A stretch of 64,000 bases of DNA from NCBI GenBank assembly GCA_041640595.1, contig JBEPZY010000004.1, positions 1-64,000 on the forward strand, written 5' to 3'. Shown in pieces: positions 1 to 8,661 of the stretch. This DNA is from Gemmatales bacterium. Its GTDB lineage: Bacteria; Planctomycetota; Planctomycetia; Gemmatales; HRBIN36. The notes under the pieces were generated by a model that saw nothing but the letters and a program-made list of their open reading frames with translations, was not told the DNA's origin and searched no databases. The translations under genes were made by a program, and so were the position numbers. Position 1 is the first letter of the stretch; each line of letters opens with the position of its first letter.

Positions 1-652
1 TTTGCTGCTGCAATGTGGCCTGCACTTGCTGCAATTCGTCCTTGGTGGCCATTCGCTCTTCGAGACGTTGCAGGCGTGCTTGCAGTTCGTGGTTTTGCTG
101 CTGCAATGTGGCCTGCACTTGCTGCAACTCGTCCTTGGTGGCCATTCGCTCTTCGAGGCGTTGCAGGCGTGCTTGCAGTTCGTGGTTTTGCTGCTGCAAT
201 GTGGCCTGCACTTGCTGCAATTCGTCCTTGGTGGCCATTCGCTCTTCGAGACGTTGCAGGCGTGCTTGCAGTTCGTGGTTTTGCTGCTGCAATGTGGCCT
301 GCACTTGCTGCAATTCGTCCTTGGTGGCCATTCGCTCTTCAAGGCGTTGCAGGCGTCCTTGCAGGTCGTGGTTTTGCTGCTGCAAGGTTCCGTGAACCTG
401 TTGCAAGTCGTCCTTGGAAGCCGTGCGTTGGTCCAAACGCTCCAGTTGCACCCAGAGCTGTTGATGTTGCTGCTGAAGTGAAACTTGCACCTGCTGAATC
501 TCTTCGTGAAGTGCGAACTGCACCTCGCGCAGGTCTTCTTTGGTGGCAGCCCGATGCTCCACGCTTTTCTGCACGTAATCCAGCAGAACGCGAGTTTCCT
601 GTTCTCCCAGTTTTGGCTTGAGCAGTTCGTAAACGTCGAGGATTGCCGACAT
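1..652 (-). CDS. Coiled-coil repeat protein, DUF1640/CCDC90-like (3' end runs out of the window)
   Basis: Not in the ORF track because it is truncated. Hand translation from ATG 652 gives MSAILDVYELLKPKLGEQETRVLLDYVQKSVEHRAATKEDL..., followed by 31-aa repeats LQQQNHELQARLQRLEERMATKDELQQVQAT. Confidence 0.8.
   Translation of the reverse strand, partial: MSAILDVYELLKPKLGEQETRVLLDYVQKSVEHRAATKEDLREVQFALHEEIQQVQVSLQQQHQQLWVQLERLDQRTASKDDLQQVHGTLQQQNHDLQGRLQRLEERMATKDELQQVQATLQQQNHELQARLQRLEERMATKDELQQVQATLQQQNHELQARLQRLEERMATKDELQQVQATLQQQNHELQARLQRLEERMATKDELQQVQATLQQQ
2..481. repeat. 93-bp coding tandem repeat, about 5 copies, degenerating towards 481
   Basis: ttgctgctgcaatgtggcc recurs at 2, 95, 188 and 281. 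Confidence 0.95.
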
Positions 653-1205
653 GGTCCAGCTCCGATACACACCCCTGGATTCTATACGAAGCGTAACGAA
701 AAATGCAAAATCAGCATCGGGAATTTCGGTGGCCAGAGGTTGATCCAAGTGCTGGACAGGCCAAGCTGGCGCAATGCGAAACGGAAAGATTTTGCGTATG
801 CCAGGGCTTCATCCGAACTAGAAAGCTCCAGGCACAAAGCTGCCGTTGCACGAGGCCCAACCAGGCGCGATTACCAGGAGCCGACCCGAGCTGGAAAGCT
901 AAAAACCCAGGTCTGCAGCGAAAGAATGCAAAACGGACTCCGACGCGGTTGCGCTATTGGTTCAGCGGAGGCGGAACGGAGGTAATCTCGGGGAGGGCCA
1001 CCGGCGGATGCCCTGGTTGGCGTTACACGGGTCAGTGCTGCTCCGTGCCGAGCAAACACGTGTTGATTGCCCATCGCCAGACCCGCGTCACGTGGTCAAG
1101 CCATATTTCCGCTTCGATGCGGTAGGCGGTTCCTAAAATGAACAGCTGTCCGCAATGCGTGCCGAACTGTGTGGCCAGGACACTGGGTGGCGGGAGAGGC
1201 AGTGG

Positions 1206-4200
1206 GTGAGCCTGACACCGGAGCAGATTCGTGAGGACCTGGAAGGAGAATTGCGCGGCGAGGTGTTGACCGACGCCGTGTCGCGGGCGCTGTATAGCAC
1301 GGACGCGAGTATTTTTCAGGTTTTGCCGGTGGCGGTGATCGCACCGGCTGACGAAGAAGATGTCCGCAAAGTTGTTCGCTATGCCCAGCAGCATCGTTTG
1401 CCGATCGCCGCTCGCGGTGCTGGTTCGGGTATGGCGGGCGAATCGTTGACCACGGGAATTGTTCTGGATTTTAGCAAGCACTTCCGCGGCATCACGGAGC
1501 AAGGCAGCGACCGGGTTCGCGTGCAACCGGGTGTAGTTTATCAGCAATTGCAGGAAGTGTTAGCGCGGCAGGGAAGAAGATTGGCCGTGGACATTGCCAG
1601 CGGAGCGCAATGCACGATTGGCGGGATGCTGGCGAACAACGCCAGTGGGGCTCGCGCTATCCGTTATGGCTACATGCGTGATCAGGTGCTGGGGCTGCGA
1701 TGCGTCTGGGATGATGGTTCCATTGAAGAATGTGGACGCGCTGAGCCATATCCCGCCCTCTCTCCGCACCAGACACCGCAACCGGCTCTGCCTTCCGAAA
1801 AAGCGAACCAGACCGACGGGGAAGCTAATCGTCCGGAAGGGGAAACGAAACCGTCTGCTGGCGACGCAGCCACCGGCGAAACGGCCACCCGCGCAAGTCG
1901 CAAAGCCGAAGTTTTAGGCGGATTAGTGCCGCTTTTGCAGGAACACAGAGACCTTTTCCCGGCCTGCAAGCCGCGCACCGCCTTCAATCGCTGCGGTTAC
2001 GCTTTGGAAAAAGCGTTGACGCCCGAAGGAGTGGACCTGGCCGGTTTGATCGTCGGCTCCGAAGGAACACTGGCGCTGATTACCGAGGCGGACCTGCGCA
2101 CCGTGCCGATACCAGTGGAGCGAGCGTTGGTTCTCACGGCATTTGCCAGTCTGGAGTCCGCGGCACGCAGTGCGGCAGCAGCATTATCGTTTGCTCCTTC
2201 AGCCTGTGAACTGGTGGATCGTCGGTTGCTTTCGCTGACGCTGGAAGCGCGACCAGCCTACCGCAAACTGGTTCCAGCCGACTCGGAAGCGGTACTTCTG
2301 GTGGAATTCGAAAGTGAGCAACCGGGAGCAGAACGGCAGGCACGAGACTGGCAACTCTTTACCCGCAATCTGCCTGGGGTTCTGGCGAGCCATTTGGCCA
2401 GCGGCGCGGCAGAAGTGGAATGGTTCTGGCAATTGCGACAAACGGCTTTACCGTTATTGCAGGCGTTGCCTGGTCCGGAACAGCCTACGCCTTACATTGA
2501 GGATGTCGGGGTGCCGGTAGAGTGTTTGCCCGAATTCCTGGTGCGGATTCAAGAGTTGTTACAGCAAGAGCAATGGACGGCTGCCTTGCTGATCCATGCG
2601 GGGGCCGGGATTGTGCACACTCGGCCTTTTGTGGATTGGCAGCAACCGGGTGCGTTTGACCGTCTTCGACACCTGGCGGATGCTCTGTATGAGTGGGTCT
2701 GGCGCCTGGGGGGAACTATCAGTGCCCAGCATGCAGTCGGGCTGGCCCGTTCCCCGTGGGTCAAGCAACAGTTTGGCCGATTAGCAGACCTGTTTCGACT
2801 GGTGAAAGAGCAATTCGATCCGCAGAGAATCTTCAATCCCGGTAAACTTGTCGAGGTGGACGAATCGCTGGCCCGGAGCCTGCGCAGAGACCATCGGCCG
2901 CGGATTCGGTCTATGGCTCTTCCCCAAGCAGGAAGCGAACCAGCTTCCCGGCAATCGTCGAACGGTGAAGAACCTTACCGCTTGAGCTGGGCGTTACGCT
3001 GGCCGGGAGACAGTTTGCCGGACACGATCCATCAATGTAACGGTTGTGCGGCCTGCCGGACGGAGTCCAGCAGTAACCGGATGTGCCCTTTGTTTCGTGT
3101 GCTCTACGAAGAGTCAGCCACGCCACGCGCCAAAGCCAATCTCTTTCGCTCCCTGCTGGATGGTACCTTGCCTCCAGAAATGATTTCCAGCGATGCCGTC
3201 CGGCAAGTGGCCGATTTGTGTATCAATTGCAAAATGTGCGCACTGGAATGTCCGGCCAGCGTCAACATTCCGAAATTGATGCTGGAAATTAAAGCGCAGC
3301 ATGTGGCCGAGCATGGTTTACGTGCTGATCAATGGCTCCTTTCACGGTTGGAGGGATTCGTGCGCTGGCTGGGACGCTTTGCCTGGATGGTGAACACCGG
3401 CTTGAACACCCGAGTGGTTCGCTGGTTGCTGTGGCGATTTTTCGGTTTGGCGCGGCAGAGACGGTTACCGAAGCTGGCACGGGTGCCGTTTCTGGAAATA
3501 GCCCGGCGACGCGGTTGGACCCGCTGGCCGACCTCGCCAGCCCGACAGGAACGGGTGGCGCTGTTTGTGGACTTTTACGGCAATTATGTGGATACCACTT
3601 TGCCGATGTCCGCCGTGCTGGTGTTGCAACTGGCCGGAATAGATGTCTTCGTCCCGCCTGGGCAGGTAAATTGTGGCATGGCTGCACTGGCGTGTGGCGA
3701 TGTGGAGAATGCTCGCCGGCTCGCTCGCACCAACCTGCAGATTTTCGCCGATCTGGCGCGCGCCGGCCTGGCCATTGTCTGTTGCGAACCGACTTCCGCA
3801 GTCATGTTCCGCGTGGATCATGCCAACCTTCTGGACGATCCCGACGTGGAACTGGTAGCGCGGCAGACGCAAGAACTGGCCGCCTATGTCTGGCAATTAC
3901 ATCAGCAGGGACGCTTACCGCTCCGGTCCTTGCAACCGTTACCGCTGAATGTCGGCCATCACGTTCCCTGCCATGTCAAAGCCCTGACAGGAGGCGGAGC
4001 CAATTCCCTGGCCGGGCCCAACCTGTTGCGCCTCATTCCACAATTGCAGGTCGAAACGCTGGACGTCAGTTGTTCGGGCATGGCCGGGCCCTTCGGCATG
4101 AGCGAACGCCATTACGCTGATTCACTCCGGGCGGGCCGACCGATGCTGGAACGATTGGCGCGGGAGGCTATCCATTGTGGTTCCAGCGAATGCAGCGCCT

Positions 4201-4325
4201 GCCGGTTGCAGATGGAAGACGTGACCGCTAAACCCAGTCTCCATCCCGTACAATATCTGGCGACGGCGCTGGGGCTGCTACCGGAATTGCGTCAGCGATT
4301 GCGACACAGACGCGGCATGCCATGA
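1206..4325 (+). CDS. FAD-binding and Fe-S-binding oxidoreductase (GlcD/GlcF fusion, YdiJ/D-lactate dehydrogenase-like)
   Basis: Motifs YSTDAS, ARGAGSGMAG, TIGGMLANNASG, GSEGTLA, ferredoxin-type CNGCAAC and CINCKMC, and CCG-like C-terminal domains. GTG start follows gggagagg. Confidence 0.9.
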   Translation: MSLTPEQIREDLEGELRGEVLTDAVSRALYSTDASIFQVLPVAVIAPADEEDVRKVVRYAQQHRLPIAARGAGSGMAGESLTTGIVLDFSKHFRGITEQGSDRVRVQPGVVYQQLQEVLARQGRRLAVDIASGAQCTIGGMLANNASGARAIRYGYMRDQVLGLRCVWDDGSIEECGRAEPYPALSPHQTPQPALPSEKANQTDGEANRPEGETKPSAGDAATGETATRASRKAEVLGGLVPLLQEHRDLFPACKPRTAFNRCGYALEKALTPEGVDLAGLIVGSEGTLALITEADLRTVPIPVERALVLTAFASLESAARSAAAALSFAPSACELVDRRLLSLTLEARPAYRKLVPADSEAVLLVEFESEQPGAERQARDWQLFTRNLPGVLASHLASGAAEVEWFWQLRQTALPLLQALPGPEQPTPYIEDVGVPVECLPEFLVRIQELLQQEQWTAALLIHAGAGIVHTRPFVDWQQPGAFDRLRHLADALYEWVWRLGGTISAQHAVGLARSPWVKQQFGRLADLFRLVKEQFDPQRIFNPGKLVEVDESLARSLRRDHRPRIRSMALPQAGSEPASRQSSNGEEPYRLSWALRWPGDSLPDTIHQCNGCAACRTESSSNRMCPLFRVLYEESATPRAKANLFRSLLDGTLPPEMISSDAVRQVADLCINCKMCALECPASVNIPKLMLEIKAQHVAEHGLRADQWLLSRLEGFVRWLGRFAWMVNTGLNTRVVRWLLWRFFGLARQRRLPKLARVPFLEIARRRGWTRWPTSPARQERVALFVDFYGNYVDTTLPMSAVLVLQLAGIDVFVPPGQVNCGMAALACGDVENARRLARTNLQIFADLARAGLAIVCCEPTSAVMFRVDHANLLDDPDVELVARQTQELAAYVWQLHQQGRLPLRSLQPLPLNVGHHVPCHVKALTGGGANSLAGPNLLRLIPQLQVETLDVSCSGMAGPFGMSERHYADSLRAGRPMLERLAREAIHCGSSECSACRLQMEDVTAKPSLHPVQYLATALGLLPELRQRLRHRRGMP

Positions 4326-4588
4326 AGGTCGGGCCTATGACAGTGCGTGTACTGCTATTTGCGCGGGCTCGCGACCTGGCTGGTACCGATACTTTGACAC
4401 TGGAGACTCCCGCGGGTGCAACGCTGCGGCAATTGCGCGATGAACTGGCCAGGCGATTTCCTGCTCTCGCTGACTTTTTGCCGCGCTGCCAGCTGGCCAT
4501 TCACGACACGCTTGCCGATGACCGCACACTCGTACCTGACAATGCCACGGTGGCGGTGCTTCCTCCGGTCAGCGGCGGAATGATGTAG
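4322..4588 (+). CDS. moaD: Molybdopterin synthase sulfur carrier MoaD
   Basis: VRVLLFARARDLAG...VAVLPPVSGG(MM). ATGA overlap with the upstream gene; adjacent to moaE. Confidence 0.9.
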   Translation: MKVGPMTVRVLLFARARDLAGTDTLTLETPAGATLRQLRDELARRFPALADFLPRCQLAIHDTLADDRTLVPDNATVAVLPPVSGGMM

Positions 4589-4722
4589 CCAGCCCGCGGT
4601 GCTTCGAGCATCAGCCGCTTTGCTCACCGTAACCTCCTCGCGGACAACGATACCGGCTGGCCATCGTTGGTTGCCTTGCCATAGGATTCGGTGTCAGGGC
4701 AACATTTGCCCTGGCGAGGCTT

Positions 4723-5184
4723 TTGGAGCGACGAGCTGTGATCCGGCTGCAGCGGGAACCGATTGATTACGGCACGCTGGTAGAAAGTGTGCGGCGAACT
4801 ACTGCCGGCGCAGTGGTGCTGTTTCTGGGTACGGTGAGGGAATTGACCGATGGCCGGGTTACTGTGGCGCTGGAATACGAAGCGTACGATCGGCTCGCGG
4901 AAAAGCAACTGGCGGCGATCGAGCAGGAAATTCGCAGTCGCTGGCAAGTAACTGATGTGGCGATGGTTCACCGCCTGGGCCGACTGGAACCGGGCGAAAT
5001 CAGCGTTGCCGTGGTCGTCAGTTCGCCGCATCGGCAGGATGCTTTCCTGGCCGCCCGGCACGCTATCGAACGCATCAAGCAGGTGGTGCCTATCTGGAAG
5101 AAAGAGCACTGGTCGGACGGTAGCAGCGAGTGGATTCATCCCCAGGAGCCAATCGCAGACCCGCTCCACCTGCCACAGAGCTGA
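4723..5184 (+). CDS. moaE: Molybdopterin synthase catalytic subunit MoaE
   Basis: GAVVLFLGTVR, LEYEAY, HRLGRL, SSPHR, PIWKKE. Confidence 0.95.
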   Translation: MERRAVIRLQREPIDYGTLVESVRRTTAGAVVLFLGTVRELTDGRVTVALEYEAYDRLAEKQLAAIEQEIRSRWQVTDVAMVHRLGRLEPGEISVAVVVSSPHRQDAFLAARHAIERIKQVVPIWKKEHWSDGSSEWIHPQEPIADPLHLPQS

Positions 5185-5198
5185 CACCTGGCGAATTT

Positions 5199-6236
5199 AT
5201 GAACCGGCGTATTTCCCTCCTTCCCAGCCAGGACGAAACAAGCATGCCCCTTGCCGGGCCGCTGGTGGATAGCTTCGGTCGCCGGCATAGCCATTTGCGG
5301 ATCTCCGTTACCGACCGGTGCAATTTACGGTGCGTTTACTGTATGCCGGAGGAAGTCGAGTTTCTCGACCGCCGCGAGTTGTTGAGCTTTGAAGAAATCG
5401 CAAAATTTGTCCGATTGCTGGTGCCGCTGGGAGTGAACAAGATTCGACTCACCGGAGGCGAGCCGCTGGTGCGTCGCGATCTGCATAAGCTGATCGAGTT
5501 GTTGTGGCAGATTCCCGGAATCGTGGACGTGAGTTTGACAACCAATGGCATGTTGTTAGCGGAGCAAGCCGAGCTGCTCTTTCGTGCCGGGCTGCGACGG
5601 CTCAATATCAGCCTCGACACATTGCGGCCGGAGGTTTTTCGGCAACTGACCCGTCGCGATGGACTGGAGCGAGTGCTGGCTGGCATTCAGGTCGCTCGCC
5701 GCATCGGATTTCATCCCATCAAAATCAACGCGGTCAGTATCCGCGGCGTTACCGAGAACGAAGTCATCCCCCTGGCGCGCTTCGCCAGGGAAAACGAACT
5801 GGAATTACGCTTCATCGAATACATGCCCATCGGTGCCGATCACTGGGAGCGCACAAAGGTCTATTACGCTCACGAGATTCTCGAACAACTGGAACGCGCA
5901 TTTGGTCCTTTACGGCCAATTCAAGACGGCGACGGCACGGCACCAGCCCAGGAATGGGAATACGCAGACGGCGGACGTGTCGGTATCATTGCCAGTATCT
6001 CGCAACCATTCTGCCAGCACTGCAATCGCCTTCGCCTGACTGCTGACGGCAAACTTCGCTATTGCCTGTTTGCCCTGGAGGAAACGGATATCAAAACGTT
6101 GCTGCGAACTGGCGCGACGGAGGAAGAAATTGTCCTGGCCGTTCGCCGCTGCGTTTGGAGCAAGTGGGAGGGGCATCAAATCAACACCGCCCGTTTTCTC
6201 AAACCATCTCGCACCATGCACACCATCGGCGGCTGA
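5199..6236 (+). CDS. moaA: GTP 3',8-cyclase MoaA
   Basis: LRISVTDRCNLRCVYC radical-SAM motif, FCQHCNRLR, C-terminal MHTIGG; start uncertain. Confidence 0.97.
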   Translation: MNRRISLLPSQDETSMPLAGPLVDSFGRRHSHLRISVTDRCNLRCVYCMPEEVEFLDRRELLSFEEIAKFVRLLVPLGVNKIRLTGGEPLVRRDLHKLIELLWQIPGIVDVSLTTNGMLLAEQAELLFRAGLRRLNISLDTLRPEVFRQLTRRDGLERVLAGIQVARRIGFHPIKINAVSIRGVTENEVIPLARFARENELELRFIEYMPIGADHWERTKVYYAHEILEQLERAFGPLRPIQDGDGTAPAQEWEYADGGRVGIIASISQPFCQHCNRLRLTADGKLRYCLFALEETDIKTLLRTGATEEEIVLAVRRCVWSKWEGHQINTARFLKPSRTMHTIGG

Positions 6237-6288
6237 GGGATTGTGCCCTCGCCGTTCAACCCATCCCCGCCATCGCACGCAGGCGCAA

Positions 6289-8400
6289 CAAGAGCGGCGG
6301 GCATCAGCCCGCCGTGGGTAGGCAAATGCGCATCGGCAGACAGAAGCGCCGTTCGTCGGCAGACCGCGACGGTGTATGCGGATTGCCGTTGCGGTCGTGG
6401 GCATTGGCGCCACGGGGCTAACGTAGCGCCAGAATCGTACATGGGTCATACGGCTCCGGATTACAATCGCGTGCATAGGCGCCACGGGGGGCTTACGCCC
6501 CCCGCTCTTGTGTTGCAGTGCGAACGTCTGCCGGCGAAAGAACGATTTTTGCGATGCACAAACGTACATTCGACCAAGAGCGGCGGGCGTTAGCCCTCCG
6601 TGGGTGTGAGTAACGCAATTGCGACAGCGTTCGCGGACAGACAACTAGCTGCTCGCTCCTATACGACAATCGTGATCTTGTCGCTGCAAGCGCGTCACTG
6701 GAAACCACGGCTGGCTCACGCCAGCCGCTCTTGTTGCACGGTGCCGGTCGGCTGAAAAATAACGACATTCACGGTGCACAAACGCACATTTCCAAGAGCG
6801 GCGGGCGTCAGCCCGCCGTGGGTGTGAGTAACGCAGTTGCAATTGCGAACGCTTTCGTCCAGCGCCGCGCACGTCAGCCCGCCGTGGGCGGGCAAATGCG
6901 TATCGGCAGACAGAAGCGCCGTTCGTCGGCAGATCGCCGACGGTGTGCGTGCGTGTGCGTGGATGGCCGTTGCAATTGCGTTTATAGGCGCCACGGGGGG
7001 CTTACGCCCCCGCTCTTGGCACTCATACAGCGACCGTCCACCGGAAGAATGACGATTTTGGCGATGCACAAACGCACGTTCACAAGAGCGGCGGGCGTCA
7101 GCCCGCCGTGGGAACGAAACGCATTTGCAATGGCGGGCGTCTTTCCCCGGCCGAGTACGTTCGCCCACCACGGCTGGCTCACGCCAGCCGCTCCTGTTGC
7201 ACGGTGCGGGTCGGCTGAAAAATAACGACATTCGCGGTACACAAACGCACGTTTTCAAGAGCGGCGGGCGTCAGCCCGCCGTGGGTAGGCAAATGCGCAT
7301 CGGCAGACACGAGCGCTATTCGTGGGCAGATCGCCGTCGGTGTGTGTGCGTGTGCGTGGATGGCCGTTGCAATTGCGTTTATAGGCGCCACGGGGGGCTT
7401 ACGCCCCCCGCTCTTGTGTTGCAGTGCGAACGTCTGCCGGCGAAACAACGATTTTTGCAATGCACAAACGTACATTTCCAAGAGCGGCGGGCGTTAGCCC
7501 TCCGTGGGTGTGAGTAACGCAATTGCGACAGCGTTCGCGGACAGACAACTAGCTGCTCGCTCCTATACGACAATCGTGATCTTGTCGCTGCAAGCGCGTC
7601 GCTCGAAACCACGGCTGGCTCACGCCAGCCGCTCCTGTTGCACGGCGCCGGTCGGCTGAAAAATAACGACATTCGCGGTGCACAAACGCACGTTCACAAG
7701 AGCGGCGGGCGTTAGCCCGCCGTGGTGTGGGAAAATCGCCCCGGCGGAGACGGTTCCGGCTTTTTGACCGACTCACGCCGGAACATGTTGGGAAACCACC
7801 CTGCCATGACGGAAGTTTTCCCACGGCTGGCTTACGCCAGCCGCTCCTGTTGCACGGTGCGGGTCGGCTGAAAAATAACGACATTCGCGGTACACAAACG
7901 CACGTTCACAAGAGCGGCGGGCGTCAGCCCGCCGTGGGTGTGAGTAACGCAGTTGCAATTGCGAACGCTTTCGTCCAGCGCCGCGCACGTCAGCCCGCCG
8001 TGGGTTGCAAACCGCATTTGCAATGGCGCGCGTCTTTCCCCGGCCGAGTACGTTCGCCCACCACGGCTGGCTTACGCCAGCCGCTCCTGTTGCACGGTGC
8101 CGGTCGGCTGAAAAATAACGACATTCGCGGTACACAAACGCACATTTCCAAGAGCGGCGGGCGTCAGCCCGCCGTGGGTAGGCAAATGCGTATCGGCAGA
8201 CACGAGCGCTATTCGTGGGCAGATCGCCGACGGTGTGCGTGCGTGTGCGTGGATGGCCGTTGCAATTGCGTTTATAGGCGCCACGGGGGGCTTACGCCCC
8301 CCGCTCTTGGCACTCGTACAACGACCGTCCACCGGAAGAATGACGATTTTGGCGGTGCACAAACGCACGTTCGCAAGAGCGGCGGGCCTCAGCCCGCCAT
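6289..8400. repeat. REP/BIME-like mosaic palindrome array 1 (about 19 full and about 3 partial hairpins)
   Basis: CAAGAGCGGCGGGC-GTYA-GCCCGCCGTG on + alternates with inverted CTGGC/GGGGC-stem variants; linkers are reused; lies between convergent genes. Confidence 0.92.
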
Positions 8401-8661
8401 ATAAGCCGAGCAAGTCAGCCGGCGACTTTTTTCAGCGCAGCTCGTTTGGCGTTGTCTTTTTCGTATCGGGTTCCCGACAGTCGCTGGGGTCGCCGGGCGG
8501 ACGTTCCGAGCTTACGGCATCCTGTCTTGCCGTGAAGCGTATGAGCGAAAGGCTCGTGCTTGCGTCGCCGTGTCGAATCGCCGAAGTTGGTGATCCAGTC
8601 TCACCGCTGCGGCCTGTCAGAAGAGGATTCGTGCAGGCGTTGCTGCGTTGAGTTGCCGAAA

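Noticed and set aside
2..621. Plus-strand repeat ORFs, including the Cys-rich 15..395 frame
   Set aside because: They are antisense shadows of the minus-strand coiled-coil gene.
4589..4722. Moco riboswitch between moaD and moaE
   Set aside because: Small hairpins are present (CAACGAT/ATCGTTG and CAGGGCAA/TTGCCCTG), but I see no Moco RNA consensus; an Rfam scan would settle it.
6289..8400. CRISPR array interpretation of the repeat clusters (also 30611-31742 and 34622-35294)
   Set aside because: Units alternate in orientation, linkers are reused and vary from about 55 to 105 bp, and no cas genes are present.
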